This document shows, piece by piece, positions 10,191-18,733 of a stretch of 64,000 nucleotides of DNA. This stretch comes from Thaumasiovibrio occultus (GTDB taxonomy: Bacteria > Pseudomonadota > Gammaproteobacteria > Enterobacterales > Vibrionaceae). A program made the position numbers and the translations under genes. The notes beneath the pieces were generated by a model. The model did not search any database, was not told the DNA's origin, and saw nothing but the letters and a program-made list of their open reading frames with translations. Positions within the stretch are counted from its first letter, which is position 1; every line of letters starts with the position of its first letter. The DNA is taken from NCBI GenBank assembly GCA_019703815.1, contig AP023053.1, positions 46,995-110,994 of the forward strand, read 5' to 3'.

Positions 10191-12575
10191 ATGAAACTAG
10201 GAATGAAAAGGACTGCCCTTGCTGTTGCTATGGCAACAACAATGACTGCAGGCATGGTTGCCACTGCACACGCTGCTCCGACACACGATAAGCAAGTGAT
10301 CGGTTACTTGACGCAGTGGGAAGCATGGAAAGGACCAGCTGAGGGTTTCTCAGTAAAAGGCGAAGCAACCCACCTCAATGTGGATATGAGCATCTACTCT
10401 ATCCTTAACTTCTCTTTTTTCGGGGTTGCTAAAGACGGTTCTATGCACTCTGGTGATTTGCGTAACAAGAGCATTTACCAACCGAATGCTGTGCAAGAGC
10501 CAGGTCCTCTACTTCACCCAGACGTATACTCTAGCTGGGACTTCCACATCCTTTGGGGTGAGCTAGAGTACATCCACCAGTTCCCTGGCACCGAACCATG
10601 GCAGGCAGAAGCACGCGCTAAAATTGAAGCAGCGGGCTTTGTAGAAGATGGTCGTGGCTGGAAACACGTACCGACTGGTCTAACTGGCCAAATGCCGATC
10701 CCATTGCCAAAAGCGGGCGGTGCTCCAGGTCTTATCGATCTTGCACACCAAAATGGCGTGAAAGTAATGGCATCGATCGGTGGTTGGTCTATGTCTAAGC
10801 ACTTCCCAGAAATGGCAGCGGATCCTGTTAAGAAAGAGCGTTTCTTGCAAGACGTTGACCGTTTGATGGCAATGGGCTTTGACGGTATTGACATCGACTG
10901 GGAATACCCAGGTTCAGGCGGTATGAACTTCACTGGTACGCCAGAAGATTACGCGAACTTTGAGCAGTTGATGGAAGATATCCGTAAGCGTATCGGTCCA
11001 GACAAACTGATCACTGCAGCATTTAAAGCAGTTCCAGCTGCGCTAGATGGCTTTAACTGGCCACGCCTAGTTGCATCAATGGACTACTTCAACATGATGA
11101 CTTACGACCTGAACGGTGGTTGGTCTAACGTTGCGGGTCACAACTCACCGTTGTACCCATACCCAGAAGAAGAGTTCCCAGGTCTGACGCTTGACGATCT
11201 ACGCAAGTGGATGATCGCTGAAGGTATCCCTTCTGAGAAAATCAACTTCGGTGCTGCGTTCTACGGCCGTGGTGTTCAAACGACTGAAGCAACAGCTTAC
11301 CTAGGCGCGCCAACGGACAAGCGTAACGTTAACTTCTCTGTTGATGGTCCTGCGACTTCTGCAGTTGACTTGACTAACTGGAGCAAGTTCGAAGGTCAGC
11401 CTAACTACAACTTCCTGACTAAGCAGCCAGGTTGGACGCACAGCTACGATGCAACTGCAGACGTACCATACGCGGTGAAAGATCAGTTCTTCTTGAGCTA
11501 CGATGATGAGCGTTCAATGGAGAGCAAGGCACAGTACATCGTTGATCACAACCTTGGTGGTATCATCGTATGGCAAGTGCACGGTGACATCGAGTGTAAA
11601 GGTGAGTTCATCCAGTACGGCACTAAGCTGTCTCAGTGTACTAACCTAAGCTCGCCACTGGCTGAGTCTATTGACCGTGTATTCTCTGCGAACACTGTTC
11701 CAAACAATGCACCAGTTCTGACTGTACCAGCAGCACAAACTGCAGCAGCAGGCGCAACCATCACCTTTACCGTTTCTGCAACTGACGCTGACGGCGATCT
11801 ACTGAAGATCACGGCAAGCGGCGCGCAAGTTACTGACAACGGTGACGGTACTGCACTGATCACTTACACTGCGCCAGTAACCGGTGTTGACGTACAAGAA
11901 ACTATCTCTGTAACGGTTTCTGACGGCCGCACTTCAGACATGGCGAACGTGGTAGTTAACGTAACTGGTAACGGTCTAAACACTGCACCAGTAGCGACGG
12001 CTCCAGCGTCTGTAGACGTAAACAGCGGCGCTGACGCGACTATCGTTGTTGAAGCTTCAGATGCAGACGGCGACGCGCTAACCATAACTGCATCGAAAGG
12101 TACTGTGACGCAAACGGCTTCAGGTGCGAACGTGGTTGTTACTGCAGCAGCGTCTGATGTTGATACAGCAGAAACTGTTGTTATCACAGTAGCTGACGGT
12201 ACTGACGCGGTTGAGCTAACTGTTACCTTGAACGTTAAAGGTGCAGCGAACGTGTCTACTTGGGATGCGTCTGCAGTTTACGTAGGCGGTGACAGTGTTG
12301 AGCACGCAGGTAAGACTTGGGTTGCTAAGTGGTGGACTCAAGGTAATGAGCCAGGCACTAACGCAGTTTGGGAAGACCAAAGCGGCGGTAAAGACAACAA
12401 CACAGGTAACGGCAACACTGGCGGCGATACTGGTAACACAGGTAGCAGCTGGGATGCAGGTAAAGTTTACACCGGTGGTGACACTGCGGTATTTAACGGT
12501 GTGACTTACAAAGCGAAGTGGTGGACTAAAGGTGATACTCCAGGAAACCAATACGGTCCTTGGGAAGCACTATAA
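10191..12575 (+). CDS. modular GH18 chitinase (signal peptide, GH18 catalytic domain, Ig-like repeats, two CBM5/12 chitin-binding domains)
   Basis: GGAG SD before ATG 10191. DGIDIDWEYPG catalytic DxxDxDxE motif. Repeated TA/DADGD Ig-like segments. Two C-terminal W...AKWWT.G..PG chitin-binding modules. Confidence 0.9.
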   Translation: MKLGMKRTALAVAMATTMTAGMVATAHAAPTHDKQVIGYLTQWEAWKGPAEGFSVKGEATHLNVDMSIYSILNFSFFGVAKDGSMHSGDLRNKSIYQPNAVQEPGPLLHPDVYSSWDFHILWGELEYIHQFPGTEPWQAEARAKIEAAGFVEDGRGWKHVPTGLTGQMPIPLPKAGGAPGLIDLAHQNGVKVMASIGGWSMSKHFPEMAADPVKKERFLQDVDRLMAMGFDGIDIDWEYPGSGGMNFTGTPEDYANFEQLMEDIRKRIGPDKLITAAFKAVPAALDGFNWPRLVASMDYFNMMTYDLNGGWSNVAGHNSPLYPYPEEEFPGLTLDDLRKWMIAEGIPSEKINFGAAFYGRGVQTTEATAYLGAPTDKRNVNFSVDGPATSAVDLTNWSKFEGQPNYNFLTKQPGWTHSYDATADVPYAVKDQFFLSYDDERSMESKAQYIVDHNLGGIIVWQVHGDIECKGEFIQYGTKLSQCTNLSSPLAESIDRVFSANTVPNNAPVLTVPAAQTAAAGATITFTVSATDADGDLLKITASGAQVTDNGDGTALITYTAPVTGVDVQETISVTVSDGRTSDMANVVVNVTGNGLNTAPVATAPASVDVNSGADATIVVEASDADGDALTITASKGTVTQTASGANVVVTAAASDVDTAETVVITVADGTDAVELTVTLNVKGAANVSTWDASAVYVGGDSVEHAGKTWVAKWWTQGNEPGTNAVWEDQSGGKDNNTGNGNTGGDTGNTGSSWDAGKVYTGGDTAVFNGVTYKAKWWTKGDTPGNQYGPWEAL

Positions 12576-12617
12576 TCCTCAGTTAATATCTCGTTTTACA
12601 CTGTAAATACGAACAAA

Positions 12618-12638
12618 GGCTGCTCATGGTGAGCAGCC
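12618..12638 (+). terminator. rho-independent terminator of chitinase gene
   Basis: GGCTGCTCA-TGG-TGAGCAGCC hairpin followed by TTTTTTGTTTGT. Confidence 0.8.
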
Positions 12639-12933
12639 TTTTTTGTTTGTCGGTGAGAGTAAAACGGATTGATGGCGTTCACTGCCTTCTGTACTTTGCT
12701 CCTAGCTTCTTTTTCTAACCCACAGCAACCGAGCCAGCAGCCATAAACGTGATAAGTAACTAACGCGATAAGCAACAAGCGCAATAGATGGGATCTGCAT
12801 CGAAAGGGTAAGGGCTCACGCTTAACCGCCATGCGGATTAGCGTTACAAACAGAATGGCATGAAATGTTTAGCCACAAAGCGCTTTTGCTTTTTATTAGC
12901 AATACACTCGACACGATTTTAGGAGCCTTAGCC

Positions 12934-13836
12934 ATGACAGCTTTTGCCATTGCGCTGGTAGTGATTTCCGCACTTTTGCACGCCGGTTGGAATCTGGTGG
13001 GAAAAAGCAGTAGCAGCGCGGGTATGGCATTTTCGTTGTCGGTGAGTGTGATCGCCTCTGTGGTACTTGCACCTTATATTTTGTGGTTTCTCTCTACATT
13101 AGGTTGGCATACGCTGCCAATGGCGTTTTGGGGGTTAGTGGTGGCAAGTGGCGCGTGCCAAATGGTGTATATGGCGGGGTTGATGTTTGCCTATCGTCAC
13201 GCCGATATTGGTGTGGTGTACCCGATAGCGCGGGGCGTGCCGATATTGTTGGTTGGGGCTGGTGCGTTTGCGTTGGGGCAAGCGACAACGGGCCTGCAAT
13301 GGCTGGGATTTTCTGCGATCACTTTGGGTTGTCTGCTGGTGCCACTGAAACACTTTCGGGAGTTTAACCTCAGCGCTTACGCCAATTTAGGGATCGTTTG
13401 GGCAGTGGTGGCCGCGTTGGGAACCGCCGGGTATTCCATCATTGATAATCAAGCCCTGATTGTGATGGGTGATGTTGCTGACCCAACATATTCAGTGAAG
13501 CAACAAGTGCTGTTTTATATCGGCATTCAATTCTGGGCGATGGCGCTGCCAGGATTGATCTATTTTCTACTCACGGGGCAAATCGCCAAGCTTAAAGTGG
13601 CGTGGCAATGTCGCTACAAAGCGGGATTAACGGCGCTGATGATGGCCTCGACGTATAGCCTCGTATTAGTGGCAATGACGATGACTGACAACGTGAGCTT
13701 AGTGGTCGCGCTGCGCCAGATCAGCATTGTGTTTGGCTTACTTCTCGGCCATTGGTTTCTAAAAGAGCCGTGGTTTCACACCCGCTCAGTAGGCGTTGCT
13801 GTGATCCTCGCCGGTTTAATTCTCGCGCTAGTATAA
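12934..13836 (+). CDS. EamA/DMT family transporter
   Basis: AGGAG SD before ATG. About 10 TM helices. Duplicated EamA-like halves. Confidence 0.75.
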   Translation: MTAFAIALVVISALLHAGWNLVGKSSSSAGMAFSLSVSVIASVVLAPYILWFLSTLGWHTLPMAFWGLVVASGACQMVYMAGLMFAYRHADIGVVYPIARGVPILLVGAGAFALGQATTGLQWLGFSAITLGCLLVPLKHFREFNLSAYANLGIVWAVVAALGTAGYSIIDNQALIVMGDVADPTYSVKQQVLFYIGIQFWAMALPGLIYFLLTGQIAKLKVAWQCRYKAGLTALMMASTYSLVLVAMTMTDNVSLVVALRQISIVFGLLLGHWFLKEPWFHTRSVGVAVILAGLILALV

Positions 13837-13981
13837 AGTCCGCATTTACTCACTCACATTGACCGTGCAGCGAATTATCGCCGCACTGTTTGTACTGCCT
13901 TTACCAATCTCACTAATGCTACTAGGTTTATATCTAGTGAGATGTTGTATCAACACTGATGCATAGAGTGAGGTAGGGCGA

Positions 13982-15058
13982 ATGGGGCAACGACGGCAGG
14001 GAGTAATCGTAGGCTATTGCCTTGCGGCGCTGCTTTCGCTGTTGTTACTGTTCGTTTTTCTACCCTCACATCCGCATGAACCTTCTTATCATGATCATGC
14101 CTCTGCAACCGGTGTCGAGAAAAATGCGGTTAGTGACGCGGCAAGCGCTGATCCGAGCGATATATCGTACCACCCGCTTGTCTCGCCGATCCCTGTGCAA
14201 GAACGTCTCAATAAAGCCCAAGCACTCCTCGGTTGGGTGTTGTTCAACGATGCCAATCTTTCTTCCAATAACAGCGTGAGCTGTGAAAGCTGCCATCATC
14301 TCGATGGAAATGGCGCGGAGCGCTCTGCGGTATCGGTGGGTGTTCATGGTCAAGGGATCCGCAATTCACTCACGGTGTATAACACCGCTTACAACTACCG
14401 ATTTTTCTGGGATGGTCGCGTTAACAGTTTACACGATCAAATTGATGGGCCTATCCACAGCGATGTCGAGATGGACTCAAACTGGAACAACATCGAAGCC
14501 TATTTAACGGCATCTAACAGCTATGCGGCATTGTTTGAAGCAGCAAATTTAACGGTGTCAGAGCAAAGCGTAAAAACGGCATTGGTGGAGTTTATGCGAG
14601 GTTTAAACACGCCCAATGCGCCGTTTGATCGTTATTTAAAAGGGGATGCATCAGCACTTACCGCTCAGCAAGTACGCGGCTGGGAGACGTTTCAACAAGA
14701 AGGCTGCATTCGCTGTCATCGCGGTACCAATATTGGCGGCGGTATGGTGATGCGGTTTGGTTTCTTTGGTGAAAATACCCGCGGCGCAGAACGCTCAACC
14801 GATACCGGACGTCATCTCGAAACCGAAAAGCCCGAAGACATGTATTTGTTCCGCGTCGCCAGCCTGCGCAATGTGGCGGAAACCGCGCCCTATTTTCATG
14901 ATGGCCGCACCCAAACCCTAGAGCAAGCGATTCAAATTATGGGAGAAAGCCAACTGGGTAAAACGTTCGATCCCAATACCATTGCTGATCTGAGCGCTTT
15001 TCTAACGTCGTTATCGGGGGATCGCCCCGCTATTTTGGAAGAGTTTGAGAATGAATAA
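13982..15058 (+). CDS. di-haem cytochrome c peroxidase (CCP/MauG family), periplasmic
   Basis: N-terminal hydrophobic signal. Two CxxCH haem motifs (CESCHH, CIRCHRG). GEN...ER and FRV..LRNVA..APYFHDG blocks typical of bacterial CCP. Confidence 0.85.
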   Translation: MGQRRQGVIVGYCLAALLSLLLLFVFLPSHPHEPSYHDHASATGVEKNAVSDAASADPSDISYHPLVSPIPVQERLNKAQALLGWVLFNDANLSSNNSVSCESCHHLDGNGAERSAVSVGVHGQGIRNSLTVYNTAYNYRFFWDGRVNSLHDQIDGPIHSDVEMDSNWNNIEAYLTASNSYAALFEAANLTVSEQSVKTALVEFMRGLNTPNAPFDRYLKGDASALTAQQVRGWETFQQEGCIRCHRGTNIGGGMVMRFGFFGENTRGAERSTDTGRHLETEKPEDMYLFRVASLRNVAETAPYFHDGRTQTLEQAIQIMGESQLGKTFDPNTIADLSAFLTSLSGDRPAILEEFENE

Positions 15059-17459
15059 AACCAAGAGCTTATTTGTCGTTGCCGTCTTCATCCTTGCGGG
15101 GCTTTTAGGGGCGGTGACTGCCCTGTATTTGGAGTATCGTCAGATCACACAGTACCGCGGGCAAGTAAGCGAATTGGGCCATGAGATAATTGAAGCCCGT
15201 GACGCCGTAACGCAGCATGTATTGAATGCCAACTCTGATCCTTACTATTTAACGCAAGTGTTGGTAGATATAGAACGCGAAACCCAATATATCGTTGAAA
15301 GTTATCATCAAAGTACCGGGGTATGGTTCTACAAACGTGAGACTTATGCGCAGTTAACTGGCTTTACACAGTCGTTAGAAACCATAACTGATGCGTTAGA
15401 TCATGTCATTGGCATTATCATTATGGAGCACTCACTTCTTAACTCCATTTCACAGCACTACGGCGGCCAATTAGGAGAAAATAGTACTGATCTGCTCCAT
15501 ATCCTGATAGGTAGTGAGGATCACACCAACTCAACTGATTTCGCGCAATTAGTGACCACCTATCGCAATGTTGAAGCGCAAAAACAGCAGTTATTTGCGG
15601 TGTTGTTGTCCCATGAAAACATGGCGTTTGTGGAATCGTCTGAACAAGCGATGGGGAAAATTAGCGATAACGTTAGGGCTTTGATTATTAAGCTGTTGAT
15701 CTTGTCAGCGCTGGTCGTAACGTCGTTGATTTTGTTTGTGTATGTTTTGCGGATCAAAGAGCTACGTCGCAACAATGCCGCGTACCAAGCGGCGATTGCC
15801 CAAATTGAAAAAGCCAACCACGCAAAATCTATCTTTTTAGCCACCATGAGCCATGAGCTCAGAACGCCAATGAACGGCGTGTTGGGTATTGCACAAATTA
15901 TTCAAGAAGATGCCAGCGAGCAGCACATTAAAGATCAGGCAAAAATCATTATCGACTCTGGCCAGCACTTGGTCACGTTACTGAACGACATCTTGGACTT
16001 TTCCAAAGTGGAGCAAGGCAAGATGGTGCTGGAGAGTAAGCCGTTTACCATGGATGAAGTGGTAATGCCGCTGCAACAATCACTCAAACCGCTAGCCAAA
16101 GATAAAGCGATCGGTTTTGAGATCAGTAATATCATGCCTCAAAATACGCGCTTGGTTGGCGATCCTTCTCGCCTTCGTCAGATGCTATTCAACCTTGCAG
16201 GCAATGCGATTAAGTTTACTCAGCAAGGGACAGTGGATGTGCGAATTGCGCTATTGGGCGATGAGAAAGAGGGGTTGCACATCACGGTAAAAGATACGGG
16301 GATTGGGATCGCTGCTGACAAACTCGAATCGATATTTACCCCGTTTGAGCAGGCGGAATTGTCGACCACCCGCAAGTTTGGTGGCACCGGGCTCGGGCTT
16401 TCTATCGTCAAACAGATTGCGGATTTGATGGGCGGTGACGTTGAGATCAGCAGCGAATTAGGGCAAGGGACTCAGTTCGTGCTACGCCTACCTTTACACC
16501 TTGAATTTGCGGCGCAAGAGCAAACGCCACTCGCGCCGACAGAAATAGTGCCACAAACGGCGACGGAGCAATCGATGCAGGAGTCGCCGCCAGTAGCGAG
16601 TGAAAGTGTCTCTGGTGCCGCCACAACAGCGCCAACATTGCCAGCGCAGTCGATTAACATTTTGTTAGTTGAAGATAATAAAGTGAATGCGATGGTAGCG
16701 CGCCGCTTCTTGGAAACTTGTGGCTACAGCTCCGATTTGGCCCCGGATGGCTTGGAAGCATTAAAAATGCTGAGAGAAAAGCGCTATGACTTGATTATCA
16801 TGGACAACCATATGCCGAATTTGAGCGGCATCGATACTATTAAGCGCTTGCGCCAAGAGCTGAAACTCAACACTGTGGTGTTCGCCTACACCGCCGACGT
16901 GTTCAAAGATGTGCACGATGAGTTTATCGCGGCAGGGGCCAACTTTGTTCTTACTAAACCGCTACAAAAAAACAGTCTAGAGCAAGCATTGCGACAGTTT
17001 CATCGCGAGATCTTTCAAGCCGCCTCAACAGCTGAAACGAATGTGATCCCCTTGGTGCGCTATCCGGCAAGTCAGTTGCCGATGACCGAAGAAGAAGTGA
17101 CTCACAGCCGTTTATGGCAACAAAAGGAACTGCCGCCAGAAGAAAAGCGTGCGCAGTTGATTGGTTTAAATCTGGCGTTAAATGAGGCGAGCGATCGTTT
17201 ATGTGATGCCTATGCTGATGCAAATAGCGAGCAATTAGCGCGGGTACTAGACACTGTCACCACTTTGGCGCTGAAATTTAGTCTGTCAGATTTGAACTCG
17301 TTGGCTCATGAGTCAGCCGAGTTGGTTAAAACGCAGCAATTGCCGGATGTTGAGGAGCTACAAAAATTGCTAAATCGAATGCAGGTCAATCGTCATCAAA
17401 TTGATCGCCTTTTAGAACAGAGCGCCGCTTTGCCATCACAGAAAAACCACGCTCAGTAA
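15051..17459 (+). CDS. hybrid sensor histidine kinase/response regulator (periplasmic sensor domain, HisKA, HATPase, REC, C-terminal HPt-like)
   Basis: ATG 15051 overlaps the CCP stop (ATGAATAA). Two TM helices flank a periplasmic domain of about 190 aa. H-box MSHELRTPMNGVLG. N/G-boxes. Receiver LLVEDNKVN...DLIIMDNHMP. Confidence 0.85.
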   Translation: MNKTKSLFVVAVFILAGLLGAVTALYLEYRQITQYRGQVSELGHEIIEARDAVTQHVLNANSDPYYLTQVLVDIERETQYIVESYHQSTGVWFYKRETYAQLTGFTQSLETITDALDHVIGIIIMEHSLLNSISQHYGGQLGENSTDLLHILIGSEDHTNSTDFAQLVTTYRNVEAQKQQLFAVLLSHENMAFVESSEQAMGKISDNVRALIIKLLILSALVVTSLILFVYVLRIKELRRNNAAYQAAIAQIEKANHAKSIFLATMSHELRTPMNGVLGIAQIIQEDASEQHIKDQAKIIIDSGQHLVTLLNDILDFSKVEQGKMVLESKPFTMDEVVMPLQQSLKPLAKDKAIGFEISNIMPQNTRLVGDPSRLRQMLFNLAGNAIKFTQQGTVDVRIALLGDEKEGLHITVKDTGIGIAADKLESIFTPFEQAELSTTRKFGGTGLGLSIVKQIADLMGGDVEISSELGQGTQFVLRLPLHLEFAAQEQTPLAPTEIVPQTATEQSMQESPPVASESVSGAATTAPTLPAQSINILLVEDNKVNAMVARRFLETCGYSSDLAPDGLEALKMLREKRYDLIIMDNHMPNLSGIDTIKRLRQELKLNTVVFAYTADVFKDVHDEFIAAGANFVLTKPLQKNSLEQALRQFHREIFQAASTAETNVIPLVRYPASQLPMTEEEVTHSRLWQQKELPPEEKRAQLIGLNLALNEASDRLCDAYADANSEQLARVLDTVTTLALKFSLSDLNSLAHESAELVKTQQLPDVEELQKLLNRMQVNRHQIDRLLEQSAALPSQKNHAQ

Positions 17460-17482
17460 ATCTGCCACATTGAACCTAGCGT

Positions 17483-17526
17483 GTCAGGCTTGCTGGGCGT
17501 GACAAACCAACTTTAAGCAGCCTGAC
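17483..17526 (+). terminator. probable terminator after sensor kinase gene
   Basis: GTCAGGCT(T)GCT...AGCAGCCTGAC long imperfect hairpin followed by CTCACCTTTTAAAAA. Confidence 0.5.
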
Positions 17527-17804
17527 CTCACCTTTTAAAAACGAAAGCCATTGTTTGAGAAGCGATTGGCCGTTGTGCCGCCAGTGCGGCTTTACCTTCC
17601 CCCAATGTTCCTGTCGATAGTGCGGCAACGCGTTATTGCATGGATAGAGCGGACTGACTCGCAAATGACAAGTTTCACATTGAGAAGATTGTCAGCTTTG
17701 CTATCTTGTGCCTCATTAACAAGTGGCGGCGCGGTTGACACCAGGTACCTCGCCATCATGCGCCTCACCACTAAGGGAAGGGCTTGCGGGCATGGAGAGC
17801 AGAG

Positions 17805-18299
17805 ATGAAAAAGTGGATAGTCGTTGGGTTGATTGCCGTGGGCGTGATGTATCACTCAACCCTGTTGCGCGTGCCGCTGATCTTTCAATCAGCGGAAGCG
17901 GCGCTGGCAGATTTTTATGACTCAACCGATCAAGCGGAAGATATGCTTATGGATCCGCTAATCCTCGCAGGGCCACGGGTTGTGCCATTGGTGTTAGAAG
18001 AGGTGACCTCATCGACCATGCCGCATCGCCGCTATGCAATTCACTTTTTAGGTCGCTATCCTGCGGCTATCCCGACGCTGAAAACGATTTTGGCCGATGA
18101 ATATGAAGTGGAGTACATCCGCCGCGATGCGCTGGCAAGTCTCTTCAATGTCGATCCCACACTAGGGCAAGATCTCGCAAAACGGTATGTGTCTAGAGGC
18201 GGTGTATTAGGTGAAACCGCAACGAATATTGCCGCCGGCCACAATCCCCATTGGTTTGAGCGCACCTATTGGCAAGCGCTGACCAATGTACATCATTAA
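17805..18299 (+). CDS. hypothetical exported/membrane-anchored protein with HEAT-like repeats
   Basis: MKKWIVVGLIAVGVMY hydrophobic N-terminus. Helical repeat region (RRYAIHFLGRYPAAIPTLKTIL..., RRDALASLFNV). Confidence 0.5.
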   Translation: MKKWIVVGLIAVGVMYHSTLLRVPLIFQSAEAALADFYDSTDQAEDMLMDPLILAGPRVVPLVLEEVTSSTMPHRRYAIHFLGRYPAAIPTLKTILADEYEVEYIRRDALASLFNVDPTLGQDLAKRYVSRGGVLGETATNIAAGHNPHWFERTYWQALTNVHH

Positions 18300-18309
18300 G
18301 GAGCGGCAA

Positions 18310-18633
18310 ATGGAATTTATCGGCAACCCTAGCTGGGATCCTGTGAAAAGCGGCAGCCTGTTGTGTGATGAGCTCACCGCCTTATTTGAGCAGCACCAAG
18401 AGGCATTAGCACAAGCACTTGCCAATGATTTGCCACCAGAGCATGTCGGCAAGCGTTATCAAACATCCGATTTCACCATTGAGGATGTGACCTATATTGA
18501 CATGCATACTTACCTGCTACGTTATTCCTACGCTTGGCAAACTTGGGGCGGCGAGAACAGTGGGCGAACCCAACACGAGATGCACTTTGGCATTTTGGAT
18601 GGCGGTGTGGTGAAACTGTTCTTCTTGGAATAG
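18310..18633 (+). CDS. hypothetical small cytoplasmic protein
   Basis: AAGGAG SD, 7 nt, then ATG 18310. Starts 11 nt after the upstream gene stop (operon pair). Confidence 0.5.
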   Translation: MEFIGNPSWDPVKSGSLLCDELTALFEQHQEALAQALANDLPPEHVGKRYQTSDFTIEDVTYIDMHTYLLRYSYAWQTWGGENSGRTQHEMHFGILDGGVVKLFFLE

Positions 18634-18644
18634 GGTGTGGGGTA

Positions 18645-18670
18645 AAAGAGCTAACTTGTGTTAGCTCTTT
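18645..18670. terminator. bidirectional rho-independent terminator
   Basis: AAAGAGCTAAC-TTGTG-TTAGCTCTTT hairpin with A-run left and TTTTTAGG right. Between convergent genes. Confidence 0.8.
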
Positions 18671-18733
18671 TTTTAGGTTTGTCGTTACTTGAAAGGGGCG
18701 AGGCAGATAACCGCCCTACGTTTTGAATGCTGT

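Noticed and set aside
10514-12551. Antisense ORFs inside the chitinase gene (10514-10933, 11633-11863, 11864-12187, 12216-12551 minus strand)
   Set aside because: They are low-complexity Ala/Ser/Thr/Val-rich shadow frames of a strongly supported GH18/CBM gene, with no SD or start context.
12596-12832. 78-aa minus-strand ORF downstream of chitinase
   Set aside because: Spans the chitinase terminator hairpin. No SD. Likely non-coding.
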